Assembly: GCA_944389095.1 (NCBI GenBank)
Contig: CALXLC010000033.1
Span: 69,646-133,645 of the forward strand
DNA: 64,000 bases
Direction: 5' to 3'
From: an uncultured Alphaproteobacteria bacterium
GTDB lineage: Bacteria > Pseudomonadota > Alphaproteobacteria > RF32 > CAG-239
Part shown: piece after piece, positions 55,564-64,000 of the stretch
How positions within the stretch are numbered: position 1 is the stretch's first letter
Layout of the letters: each line of letters starts with the position of its first letter
Position numbers and translations under genes: made by a program
Notes under the pieces: model-generated
The model's input: only the letters and a program-made list of their open reading frames with translations
What the model was told of the DNA's origin: nothing
Database searches by the model: none

Positions 55564-57786
55564 TCAATCCTTCAAAAAACGGTTGTTTTTCGGGAAACCG
55601 AACGGTGCCAGTTTACCCACCTGAGCCCTGTGTCCGAGCCAGGTCAGCAAATTAGTCTCGGTCTTGGTGCCGCCGGCGCGGTTATAAGTAAAGCCATCCG
55701 CTTCATTGAAGATTTGAATATCCGACAAACCGCCGTCCTTATATTTTTGCAGAGTTACGCCGCGGCCGCGGGCCATTGTCGGAATTTCTTCCGCCTTAAA
55801 AATAAGCAGTTTGCGGTTATCACCTATAACGGCCACCATATCGCCGGTAATTTTTTTGCAGAAGACGGTCTTTTCACCTTCGGCGACGTTCATAATCTTA
55901 CGGCCGTTGCGAGTTTGCGCCAGCAGGTGATTTTCGTCAACGATAAATCCCCTGCCCGTATTCGATGCTATCAGATATTTTGCGCCCGGCTCAAAAACAA
56001 ACATTTCGGCTATATTATCATTATTGCCCAAATCTATCATCAGGCGTAACGGCTGACCGAACCCGCGACCGCTCGGAATTTCGCTGCCCTGAATATTGAA
56101 AAACTTGCCCGAAGTGTCCTGCAGCACTATTTTATCCGTCGTTTGGGCGTGAATGGCCATCAGCAAAGCATCATCTTCTTTGAACTTAAATTCTTCATTC
56201 AGCGGATTATGTCCTTTGGTACAGCGTATCCAGCCCTTTTGCGATAAAATAACGGTAATGGGTTCTTTTTCCACCAATGCCTCAACCGAAATTTCGATTT
56301 CTTCGTTTACTTCGCTGAATTCGGTGCGGCGTTTACCCAAGGCCGTCTTTTTGCCGAATTTTTCCCTGATTTCTTTGATTTCTTCGGCTATTTTCTGCCA
56401 CCGCAGCCGTTCATCCGACAACAGTGCTTCCAATTGTTCTTTTTCTGCAGACAAATCCTCAAACTCGCGTTTGATTTCGGTTTCTTCCAATTTGCGAAGA
56501 CTGCGCAGTTTCATATTCAGGATTGCCTCGGCCTGATTGTCGGTCAGGGCAAACTTCGCCATCATCACGGCTTTGGGTTCGTCTTCTTCCCTGATAATTC
56601 TGATAATTTCATCCAGATTGAGATATGCAATCAGGTAACCGGAAAGAATTTCCAGCCGGGCGTTGATTTTTTGCAGCCGGTAATTCGAGCGGCGCTGCAA
56701 TACAATCTGACGATGTTTTAAAAACTCCTGCAAAACCTCTTTCAGGCTCATGACCCTGGGCACCAAATCGGCATCGAGGACATTCATGTTCATGGCGAAC
56801 TTGCTTTCCAAATCTGTCTGGCGGAACAAATGTTCCATCAGCATGTTGGCATCCACATTACGGTTTTTGGGCTCCAAAACAATCCGCACGTCATGAGAAG
56901 ATTCATCCCTGACGTCGCTCAACAGCGGAACTTTCTTTTCCTGCAGCAAAACGGCTATTTTTTCAATCAATTTTGATTTAACGACCTGATACGGAATTTC
57001 GGTAATCACAATCTGATACTGTCCAAGCCCTAAATCTTCCTTCTCCCATTTGGCGCGAATACGAAAAGCACCCCGTCCCTGGGTATAATTGGCCAAAATC
57101 GTTGCAAAGCTGTCAATAATAACACCGCCGGTCGGAAAATCCGGCCCTCTGACCTTGCGAACCAGCGCCTCCATGTCGGCATCCGGCTTTTCTATCAACA
57201 ACAGCAGCGCATCGCAGACTTCGGATAAATTATGCGGCGGAATATTGGTGGCCATGCCGACGGCAATACCTGCCGAACCATTGCACAACAAATTGGGAAC
57301 GGCACCGGGCATTACGACCGGTTCGCTTTCCTCGCCGTCATAAGTGTCCCGAAAATCGACGGCATCATCATTCAAGCCGTCCATCAAGGCAATGGCAAAT
57401 TCTGTCAGGCGGGCTTCGGTGTACCGCATGGCCGCAGGGCCGTCGCCGTCAATATTGCCAAAATTTCCCTGGCCGTCAACCAAAGGATATCTTACGGAAA
57501 AATCCTGCGCCAGACGCGCCATGGCCTGATATACGGCTGTATCTCCATGCGGGTGATATTTACCGATAACATCACCGACGACGCGGGCGCATTTCTTAAA
57601 ACCGGATTTGGGATCCAGATGCAACTGGCGCATGGCATAAAGCAACCGGCGATGCACCGGTTTCAACCCGTCGCGGACATCCGGCAACGCCCGGTCGACA
57701 ATGGTCGACATGGCATAAGACAAATAGCGGGTACTGAGTTCTTCAGCCAGGGCCACATTTTTAATTTTTTGTTCGAATTCGGGCAT
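55564..57786 (-). CDS. parC: DNA topoisomerase IV subunit A
   Basis: 740 aa. [16 protein letters not shown] and AAMRYTE (catalytic Tyr). The short C-terminal beta-pinwheel fits ParC rather than GyrA. Confidence 0.88.
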   Translation of the reverse strand: MPEFEQKIKNVALAEELSTRYLSYAMSTIVDRALPDVRDGLKPVHRRLLYAMRQLHLDPKSGFKKCARVVGDVIGKYHPHGDTAVYQAMARLAQDFSVRYPLVDGQGNFGNIDGDGPAAMRYTEARLTEFAIALMDGLNDDAVDFRDTYDGEESEPVVMPGAVPNLLCNGSAGIAVGMATNIPPHNLSEVCDALLLLIEKPDADMEALVRKVRGPDFPTGGVIIDSFATILANYTQGRGAFRIRAKWEKEDLGLGQYQIVITEIPYQVVKSKLIEKIAVLLQEKKVPLLSDVRDESSHDVRIVLEPKNRNVDANMLMEHLFRQTDLESKFAMNMNVLDADLVPRVMSLKEVLQEFLKHRQIVLQRRSNYRLQKINARLEILSGYLIAYLNLDEIIRIIREEDEPKAVMMAKFALTDNQAEAILNMKLRSLRKLEETEIKREFEDLSAEKEQLEALLSDERLRWQKIAEEIKEIREKFGKKTALGKRRTEFSEVNEEIEISVEALVEKEPITVILSQKGWIRCTKGHNPLNEEFKFKEDDALLMAIHAQTTDKIVLQDTSGKFFNIQGSEIPSGRGFGQPLRLMIDLGNNDNIAEMFVFEPGAKYLIASNTGRGFIVDENHLLAQTRNGRKIMNVAEGEKTVFCKKITGDMVAVIGDNRKLLIFKAEEIPTMARGRGVTLQKYKDGGLSDIQIFNEADGFTYNRAGGTKTETNLLTWLGHRAQVGKLAPFGFPKNNRFLKD

Positions 57787-57801
57787 CTTAATTCCTGTAT
57801 T

Positions 57802-58524
57802 TCATGGTTTTTGCTTGACAATTTCGGCCAAATTAGCACGAACCGCCGGAAATTTCAAGCCGTGGGTTGCAAAAAAGTTTTTGTAGAGGAAAAATTCGGT
57901 CAACTTCAGCAAATCTTCCAATTCTTCGGCAGACGGATGATAATTTTGCTCCAAAATAAAATGCGGGTATTTATAAAGTTTCTCCTTGTAAGGTTCTCCT
58001 GCCGCGGCACAAACGGCTTTTCCGGTTTTTGGAGAAACATAGGTCAGATTTTCCGTCGTTCCGGTAGCGGCACATTCCGTCAGGTCCAACCCTATCCCCA
58101 AATATTCAAGAAGATGAAATTCAAAGAAAGCATAATGTGTTATCCAATTTTCTTCATCTATTAAATTAAAAAAATTATCAACATAATCATAAAAATTTTC
58201 CAGATTATCCTGTTCCGGAAGGCAGGCATTGGCCAGAGCGCAAAAAGAAGACAGGGTCTCCAGTTTTCTGCCGTCCGCCATAAAATTGACCGCTGTCGGG
58301 GTTATCAACTCCGTTCGCAAGCTGAGCATATTATCTTCAACTCTGGCATAAGCATCTATTTTCAGAAAATTGCCCAACTGAAACGCGGCAAGATTTTTTT
58401 TGCTCAGACAATTTTTGACATAGCCCGTGACTTTGCCGTGTCCGCGCGTCAAAACGGTGAGAATTAAAGAACTCTCACCGTGTTTGCGCAAATTGACAAT
58501 GTATCCTTCATCGCTGAACCGCAT
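57802..58524 (-). CDS. recO: DNA repair protein RecO
   Basis: 240 aa. N-terminal OB fold (EGYIVNLRKHGESSLILTVLTRGHGKV) and a central C-x-x-x...C region. Confidence 0.85.
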   Translation of the reverse strand: MRFSDEGYIVNLRKHGESSLILTVLTRGHGKVTGYVKNCLSKKNLAAFQLGNFLKIDAYARVEDNMLSLRTELITPTAVNFMADGRKLETLSSFCALANACLPEQDNLENFYDYVDNFFNLIDEENWITHYAFFEFHLLEYLGIGLDLTECAATGTTENLTYVSPKTGKAVCAAAGEPYKEKLYKYPHFILEQNYHPSAEELEDLLKLTEFFLYKNFFATHGLKFPAVRANLAEIVKQKP

Positions 58525-58545
58525 AATAAGCGAAAAATATCTCCC

Positions 58546-59391
58546 TTAGTAAGGCTTAACCATTTTTTTGGTAATCTGGTCATAGGCCATCAATTCGGAG
58601 ATAACCTGCTTCATGTCTTTCAACGCAATCGTATTGGGACCGTCAGACAAAGCCTTATCCGGATTATCATGCGTTTCCATAAACACTGCAGCGACGCCCA
58701 CGGCAACAGCTGCCCGGGCCAAAACAGGCGCAAATTCGCGTTGTCCGCCGGTGCTGCCGCCCAAACCGCCGGGCTGCTGAACCGCATGCGTGGCATCCAT
58801 AATTACCGGACAGCCCGTATCCGCAGCCATTTGCGGAAAACTTCTCATGTCGGTTACCAGCGTATTATAGCCGAAAGACGCACCTCTTTCGGTCAGACAG
58901 ACATTGCCATTACCCGAATCATCGCATTTTTTTACAATATTTTTCATATCCCAAGGAGCCAAAAACTGTCCTTTTTTGATATTGACCACTTTTCCGGTTT
59001 TGGCCGCGGCAACCACCAAATCGGTTTGACGGCATAAAAAGGCCGGAATCTGCAGCATATCCACATGCGGCGCCACAACGGCACACTGTTCTTTTTCGTG
59101 GATGTCAGTCACAATCGGCAAATCCGGAAAGTGTTTCTTGATATCGTCAAACGTCCGCATTCCCTCTTCCAAGCCGACGCCGCGGGCCCCGTTAATCGAG
59201 GTACGGTTGGCTTTGTCGAACGATGCCTTAAAAATATAGTTAATCCCCAATTCTCTGGTAATTTTAACCATTTCGCCGGCAATCATCAGAGCGTGGTCAT
59301 GGCTTTCTATCTGGCAAGGACCGGCAATAATTGCCAGCGGCAGATTGTTGGCTATTTCAAAACCGCCGATTTTTATTTTTCTTTGCTGCAT
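58546..59391 (-). CDS. kdsA: 3-deoxy-8-phosphooctulonate synthase
   Basis: IAGPCQIES, FKASFDKANR, DATHAVQQPGG. Start set to ATG 59391 (MQQRKIKIGG). Confidence 0.93.
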   Translation of the reverse strand: MQQRKIKIGGFEIANNLPLAIIAGPCQIESHDHALMIAGEMVKITRELGINYIFKASFDKANRTSINGARGVGLEEGMRTFDDIKKHFPDLPIVTDIHEKEQCAVVAPHVDMLQIPAFLCRQTDLVVAAAKTGKVVNIKKGQFLAPWDMKNIVKKCDDSGNGNVCLTERGASFGYNTLVTDMRSFPQMAADTGCPVIMDATHAVQQPGGLGGSTGGQREFAPVLARAAVAVGVAAVFMETHDNPDKALSDGPNTIALKDMKQVISELMAYDQITKKMVKPY

Positions 59392-59482
59392 GGAAAAACC
59401 CCTTTTTGTATTGTTAACGTCTGCTGTCTGAATAGCAGATTTTGCCGCAAAGTGCAATCTTTATCCCCAAACTCTCCACATC

Positions 59483-60037
59483 CTAAAACGACAACGGAAA
59501 GCGCAGCCAGGTAAACAGGACGTTTCCGGTGTTTTTAAAACCCGGAACATAGGCCGCCTGTACCGCGAAATCTTTATAACTCATACCGACCAGCGGCAGA
59601 GGAAGAGGCAACGGAATATACAGATATTCGCTGCGCTGAGTCAGACTCAGCGTATACCCCGCCCCGACGGCAAAATCTCCTTTGTCATCCAAAAACCAGT
59701 TTTTTTGAAAAGCATATCCGAAAATGGTTTGCAGATGTTTATTGGAATCTTTGAATCCCATGGCATACAAGCTGTGCCAATTGCCGTTTTGATCATAGCG
59801 GGACTTTCCAAAGCCTATCCCCCAGGGTTCCTCGTTATATTCCTCAATTTTATCTTTATCGTATGTCAGGCGGTTATGCCATGTCCATACCGGAACAAAC
59901 ACGTTGTAGTCCCTGCTCTTCCAGGTTTGCGAGACTTCCCCGGCAAGCCGTTCGGCATATTCACCGACACCGGCACGGGCCTGGAAGCTCCACAGCAGAC
60001 TTAAAATACAAAAACTCGGCAGCAAAAAACTTTTCAT
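59483..60037 (-). CDS. pagP: lipid A palmitoyltransferase PagP
   Basis: 184 aa. Signal peptide, then VPVWTWHNRLTYDKDKIEEYNEEPWGIGFGKSRYDQNGNWHSLYAMGFKDS...YVPGFKNTGNVLFTWLRFPLSF. This is near-collinear with E. coli PagP as I remember it, with the catalytic His and Asp-Ser retained. Confidence 0.88.
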   Translation of the reverse strand: MKSFLLPSFCILSLLWSFQARAGVGEYAERLAGEVSQTWKSRDYNVFVPVWTWHNRLTYDKDKIEEYNEEPWGIGFGKSRYDQNGNWHSLYAMGFKDSNKHLQTIFGYAFQKNWFLDDKGDFAVGAGYTLSLTQRSEYLYIPLPLPLPLVGMSYKDFAVQAAYVPGFKNTGNVLFTWLRFPLSF

Positions 60038-60101
60038 TATTACCTTAAAAAAATATTTTCAGCTTTCCTTTATAAGCATTTTTTAATTTAGGCAATGGTT
60101 C

Positions 60102-60170
60102 ATAAAAAACAAGCCCTGATGCGGCAGCCGTTTTTTTGAAAACCGGGCCGACCGCAGACAGGGCTTGTTT
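60102..60170 (-). terminator. terminator of pyrG (long compound hairpin)
   Basis: Outer 12-bp arms aaacaagccctg (60107-60118) / cagggcttgttt (60159-60170) with an imperfect inner helix. TTTTTTAT follows on the minus strand. Confidence 0.65.
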
Positions 60171-60174
60171 GCGT

Positions 60175-61812
60175 TTACAGAAGACGGCTCTTATCAATAG
60201 CCGCTTTGACAAAGGCCACAAACAACGGCGCCGGGGCAAACGGTTTTGATTTCAGCTCCGGATGAAACTGCACGCCGATAAACCAGGGATGATCCGGAAT
60301 TTCAACAATTTCGGGCAGCCGTCCGTCCGGAGATTTTCCGGAAATAATCATGCCGGCCTTTTTAAGCATATCCTCGTATTTGATGTTGACCTCGTAGCGG
60401 TGACGGTGACGTTCTGAAATCTTGTCCGTTCCGTAAACCTTTGCCGCCAGAGAATTCGGCGCCAAAACGCAGGGATAAGCCCCGAGGCGCATGGTGCCGC
60501 CAAGATCTCCGTCTTTGCGGCGGATTTCTTTGGCGCCTTCTTTGTCCCATTCGGTCATCAAACCGACGACGGGCTCACAGTCAGCGCGCAGTTCCGTTGT
60601 ATAGGCGTTTTTGATACCGACCACGTTTTGCATGGTTTCGATAACGGCCATCTGCATTCCGTAACAAATTCCCAAAAACGGAATTTTATGCTCGCGGGCA
60701 TATTTAACGGCAGCAATTTTTCCGTCTGTGCCGCGTTGTCCGAATCCGCCCGGGACCAGAATGCCGCTGACATCGTTCAGATAGGATGAAGAATCTTCTT
60801 TTTCCAACAGTTCGGAATCTATCCATTTGATTTTGACTTTATATTTATTGGCTATTCCGCCGTGCTGCAGCGCTTCGTTCAAAGATTTATAAGCCTCAAG
60901 CAGCTGAGTATATTTGCCGACGACGGCTATTCTGACCTCGCCTTCCGGATAGCGCAGCGTTTCGACAATTTTTTCCCATTTGCTCAAATCCGGTGCCGAG
61001 CCGCATTCTATTCCGAAGTGTTTGCACACCTGCACATCCATACCTTCTTTGGAATAGGCAATCGGAACCTGATAAATATTGGCAGCATCCAGTGCGGTAA
61101 TGACGTTTTCTTCGCGAATGTTGCAAAACAGCGCGATTTTGCGTTTTTCATTTTGGGGAATCGGCATTTGTGACCGGCACAGCAGCATATCCGGCTGAAT
61201 TCCGTATTCCTGAAGTTTTTTTACCGAATGCTGGGTCGGCTTGGTTTTTAATTCTCCGGCAGTCGGAATATACGGCAGCAGGGTAACATGAATAAACATT
61301 GCCCGGTCCCGTCCCAAATCGTAGGCCACCTGACGAATAGCTTCCAGATAGGGCTGCCCTTCAATATCGCCGACCGTGCCGCCGATTTCGCATAACACAA
61401 AATCTTCATCGGTAATGTCTGACAAAATAAAATCTTTGATTTCGTTGGTAACATGCGGGATGACCTGAATGGTGGCTCCCAGATAATCGCCGTGGCGCTC
61501 TTTGTCTATTACCCGCTGGTAGATTTTTCCGGTGGTAATACTGTCGGTTTTATGGCAGGAAACGCCCGAAAAACGCTCATAATGTCCCAGATCCAAATCC
61601 GTTTCGGCGCCATCGTCGGTTACAAAAACCTCGCCGTGTTGATACGGGCTCATGGTGCCGGGATCCACATTCAGATACGGATCAAGCTTGCGCATTCTGA
61701 CCTTAAAGCCGCGGGACTGCAAAATCGATGCCAGAGACGCCGAAGCCAGACCTTTTCCCAGCGAGGATACGACGCCGCCGGTAATGAAAATAAATTTGGT
61801 TTTGTCAGACAT
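60175..61812 (-). CDS. pyrG: CTP synthase
   Basis: 545 aa. [13 protein letters not shown], a GATase domain with GICYGMQ, and HRHRYE. Confidence 0.96.
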   Translation of the reverse strand: MSDKTKFIFITGGVVSSLGKGLASASLASILQSRGFKVRMRKLDPYLNVDPGTMSPYQHGEVFVTDDGAETDLDLGHYERFSGVSCHKTDSITTGKIYQRVIDKERHGDYLGATIQVIPHVTNEIKDFILSDITDEDFVLCEIGGTVGDIEGQPYLEAIRQVAYDLGRDRAMFIHVTLLPYIPTAGELKTKPTQHSVKKLQEYGIQPDMLLCRSQMPIPQNEKRKIALFCNIREENVITALDAANIYQVPIAYSKEGMDVQVCKHFGIECGSAPDLSKWEKIVETLRYPEGEVRIAVVGKYTQLLEAYKSLNEALQHGGIANKYKVKIKWIDSELLEKEDSSSYLNDVSGILVPGGFGQRGTDGKIAAVKYAREHKIPFLGICYGMQMAVIETMQNVVGIKNAYTTELRADCEPVVGLMTEWDKEGAKEIRRKDGDLGGTMRLGAYPCVLAPNSLAAKVYGTDKISERHRHRYEVNIKYEDMLKKAGMIISGKSPDGRLPEIVEIPDHPWFIGVQFHPELKSKPFAPAPLFVAFVKAAIDKSRLL

Positions 61813-61872
61813 TTTATTTACCTTTTTTCAGTTTGTTAGTCGTTTATTTCTGGTTTGCTTTTAAAGTGACAA

Positions 61873-61895
61873 AGGCACCTTGCGAAAAGGTGCCT
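61873..61895 (-). terminator. possible terminator of secG
   Basis: aggcacctt (61873-61881) / aaggtgcct (61887-61895). The U-tract on the minus strand is weak. Confidence 0.4.
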
Positions 61896-61921
61896 CCTAA
61901 TATGTAAAAATTGCGTCGTCA

Positions 61922-62233
61922 TTATTTTCCTGCCGCCGGGACTTCGGGAAGCGACTGTTCCGCCGCCGGAGCCTCTTCCAAAATGGATTTGACGTGACGA
62001 TCGGTTCCTTTGTAATATAATGACAACGAAATACTTGTCAGAATAAAAATTGTGGCCAAAATTGCCGTGGTGCGGGTCAGAAGGTTGCCGGTACCGCGGG
62101 CGCTCAAAAAGTTGGAAGCCCCGCTGCCGCCGCCCAATCCGTCAAGGGCTCCGCCTTCGGAACGCTGGAGCAGAATGACGGCAACCAAAAAGATTGCAAC
62201 CAGCAAATGAAGTACCAATAAAACTGTTCCCAT
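61922..62233 (-). CDS. secG: preprotein translocase subunit SecG
   Basis: 103 aa. LLVLHLLVAIFLVAVILLQRSEGG...LTRTTAILATIFILTSI is typical of SecG. Confidence 0.9.
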   Translation of the reverse strand: MGTVLLVLHLLVAIFLVAVILLQRSEGGALDGLGGGSGASNFLSARGTGNLLTRTTAILATIFILTSISLSLYYKGTDRHVKSILEEAPAAEQSLPEVPAAGK

Positions 62234-62251
62234 TTTCTTTTCCTTTTCAAA

Positions 62252-63013
62252 TTAGCAGCCGGCGTTTTTGGCAATAGCCATAAAATCTTCAACCTTCAGG
62301 CTGGCACCGCCGATTAACGCGCCGTCGACATCCGGGAGAGACAAAAATTCTTTGGCGTTGGAAGGTTTGACCGAACCGCCGTACAGAATACGCATTTTGT
62401 TGGCATTGCCTTTGCCGATTTTTTTGGCCAAAACCTTGCGAACCGCGGCATGAACTTCCTCAACGTCCGCGGCAGTCGGAGTTTTGCCGGTGCCGATGGC
62501 CCAAACCGGTTCATAGGCGATAACGGTATCGGTTGCCGTCGAATTATCCGGAACAGAGCCGAGAATCTGCGCCGTACAAACATCAATCGTTTTTCCGGCG
62601 TCACGCTGAGAGAGGGTTTCACCGATGCAAATGACGGTTTTCAGTCCGGCCTCATGCGCCGCAACGGCTTTTTTGTTAATCAATTCGTTCGACTCGCCAT
62701 GATCCGCCCGACGTTCGGAGTGGCCGAGAATAACATAACTGCAGCCCAAATCCGTCAGCATCAGCGGGCTGACATCACCGGTATGCGCGCCTTTTGTTTC
62801 AAAATGGCAGTTCTGAGCGCCGAGCGCGACTTTGGCGCCGCGCAGAGCTTTTTTGACAGCTCCCAAAATCGTAAACGGCGGGCAGACCAAAAATTCGCAC
62901 CGGGGTTTTCCCATTGCTTTAACCTCTGCGGCAATCCCCTTAGCCAAATCCGTGCCGTCAGCAAGGCGGCCGTTCATTTTCCAGTTTCCTGCAATTAATT
63001 TTTTTCTAGCCAT
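62252..63013 (-). CDS. tpiA: triose-phosphate isomerase
   Basis: 253 aa. AGNWKMNG, ILGHSERR, AYEPVWAIGTG, YGGSV. Confidence 0.96.
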   Translation of the reverse strand: MARKKLIAGNWKMNGRLADGTDLAKGIAAEVKAMGKPRCEFLVCPPFTILGAVKKALRGAKVALGAQNCHFETKGAHTGDVSPLMLTDLGCSYVILGHSERRADHGESNELINKKAVAAHEAGLKTVICIGETLSQRDAGKTIDVCTAQILGSVPDNSTATDTVIAYEPVWAIGTGKTPTAADVEEVHAAVRKVLAKKIGKGNANKMRILYGGSVKPSNAKEFLSLPDVDGALIGGASLKVEDFMAIAKNAGC

Positions 63014-63172
63014 CAGTAATTTTCCTTAATAGTTTTCTTGATTTTTCAAAAATTATGTTTTCTTCTAGCATACTCAAAAAAACTTTTCAACACCAATATT
63101 TAGAAGTTGTATAAATTGTCTTTAATATATATAATCGCGCACAGATAAAGATTTTAATAGGATATAATCACC

Positions 63173-64000
63173 ATGATGACGAAAATCAGAAGTATTCAAG
63201 ATTCCTGGCTTGCCAAAAGTATTCTTATTTTGACAGCATTAAGTTTTATGTCACTGTTCGGCGTTTCGGGCTATCTGAGCAGCGCCGCCGGCAACCGTCC
63301 GATTATCCGCGTGGACGACATCGTTGTCTATCAGGACGAAATCAATAATCAGTATAATCAGGAACTGCAGATGGCCAAGAGCCTCTTCGGCGACAGCCTT
63401 GACATCAGCGATACCATGAAAAACGCCATTATGCAAAGCATTGTCCAAAAAGATCTTGTCAATGCCGTTTTGCAAAAAACCGCCGAAGATTTGGATGTCA
63501 GCATCAGCAATGACCTTATCCGCAAAATTATTTATTCTCAGCCGGAATTTTCGGATGCGTCCGGTAATTTCAGCCTGGACAAATTCCGCCGCCTGCTTTC
63601 CGCTTCCGGCTGGAGCGAGCAAAAATACATCGAAACCCTGCGCCAGGATATTATCAAGCAACATTTGATTCAGAATCCGACAGAAGGCATCAACATTCCG
63701 GATTTTATGACCAAATATCTGGCCCAGCTTGAAAATCAACGCAAAGTTTTCCAATATATCACCATTAAGCCCTCTGCCCTCAAAATCGACCGGACAATCT
63801 CCGATGAGGAACTTGAACAATATTATCAGGATTTTGCGGTTGAATTTGAAGAACCCGAAAACCGTAATGTTTCCTTTATCGATTTGCCGGTTGACAAGCT
63901 GGCTTCCGCGGTTGTTCCCGGTGAGGACGAGATAAAGGCTTATTATCAGGACAATATTTCGCAGTTTGTCATTCCCGAACAGCGCCGTGTTCTGCAAATG
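63173..64000 (+). CDS. PpiD/SurA-like periplasmic chaperone (peptidylprolyl isomerase family), 5' part only
   Basis: ATG 63173 with the frame open to the window end (276 codons), so it is absent from the ORF track. N-terminal anchor (AKSILILTALSFMSLF) and a SurA_N-like region (...FRRLLSASGWSEQKYIETLRQDIIKQHL...). Confidence 0.75.
   Translation, partial: MMTKIRSIQDSWLAKSILILTALSFMSLFGVSGYLSSAAGNRPIIRVDDIVVYQDEINNQYNQELQMAKSLFGDSLDISDTMKNAIMQSIVQKDLVNAVLQKTAEDLDVSISNDLIRKIIYSQPEFSDASGNFSLDKFRRLLSASGWSEQKYIETLRQDIIKQHLIQNPTEGINIPDFMTKYLAQLENQRKVFQYITIKPSALKIDRTISDEELEQYYQDFAVEFEEPENRNVSFIDLPVDKLASAVVPGEDEIKAYYQDNISQFVIPEQRRVLQM

Noticed and set aside
57232-58164. 310-aa plus-strand ORF spanning the parC/recO junction. 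Similar long antisense ORFs occur at 2861-3577, 15947-16633, 46370-46933, 50998-51579 and 52015-52659.
   Set aside because: All of these lie antisense to confidently identified genes. Their sequences are Arg/Gly/Phe-rich and repetitive, as expected from reverse-frame translation. None has a plausible start context.
63251-63997. 248-aa minus-strand ORF at the window end
   Set aside because: The plus strand carries an open 276-codon frame from ATG 63173 with clear PpiD/SurA_N-like sequence. That frame is missing from the track only because it has no stop in the window. The minus-strand ORF is its shadow.

Overview
This is a dense bacterial chromosomal window with 62 protein-coding calls, 2 tRNAs and short spacers. 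Most genes are on the minus strand and are housekeeping or cell-envelope genes. The gene neighbourhoods are those I associate with Alphaproteobacteria: dusB..trkA-hfq-hflX, rlpA-PBP5-tmk-holB-tatD-MBL, ppiD/tpiA-secG-pyrG-kdsA, and MlaD-DUF2155. The window has a complete apbE-rseC-rnfBCDGEA operon and an Fe-type alcohol dehydrogenase, and the ntr genes are missing between dusB and trkA. From this I infer an anaerobic, streamlined, possibly host-associated lineage. I saw no rRNA, CRISPR array, transposase, integrase or phage gene. Most convergent gene junctions carry clean, sequence-unrelated hairpin terminators. The items most worth a second look are listed here.

1. A 1,395-aa membrane-anchored coiled-coil giant plus a Tyr/Ser-rich 113-aa ORF, joined onto the dusB-trkA string.
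2. A 790-aa membrane protein that by eye looks like a catalytically degenerate sulfatase/EptA fold with a long K/E/A tail. It is packed against a YejE-YejF half ABC transporter that lacks YejA and YejB.
3. An Rnf operon with Bacteroidetes-type gene order in an alphaproteobacterial context.
4. A 381-aa orphan with its own promoter, enclosed by terminators, which together with an ADH and a DHH phosphoesterase interrupts a conserved cluster.
5. pagP inserted between kdsA and pyrG.
6. A GldG-type ABC operon that ends in an orphan PAS histidine kinase.
7. Tandem MlaD paralogues followed by a DUF2155 protein with a long acidic tail.

All family assignments come from motif recognition by eye. No searches were run.
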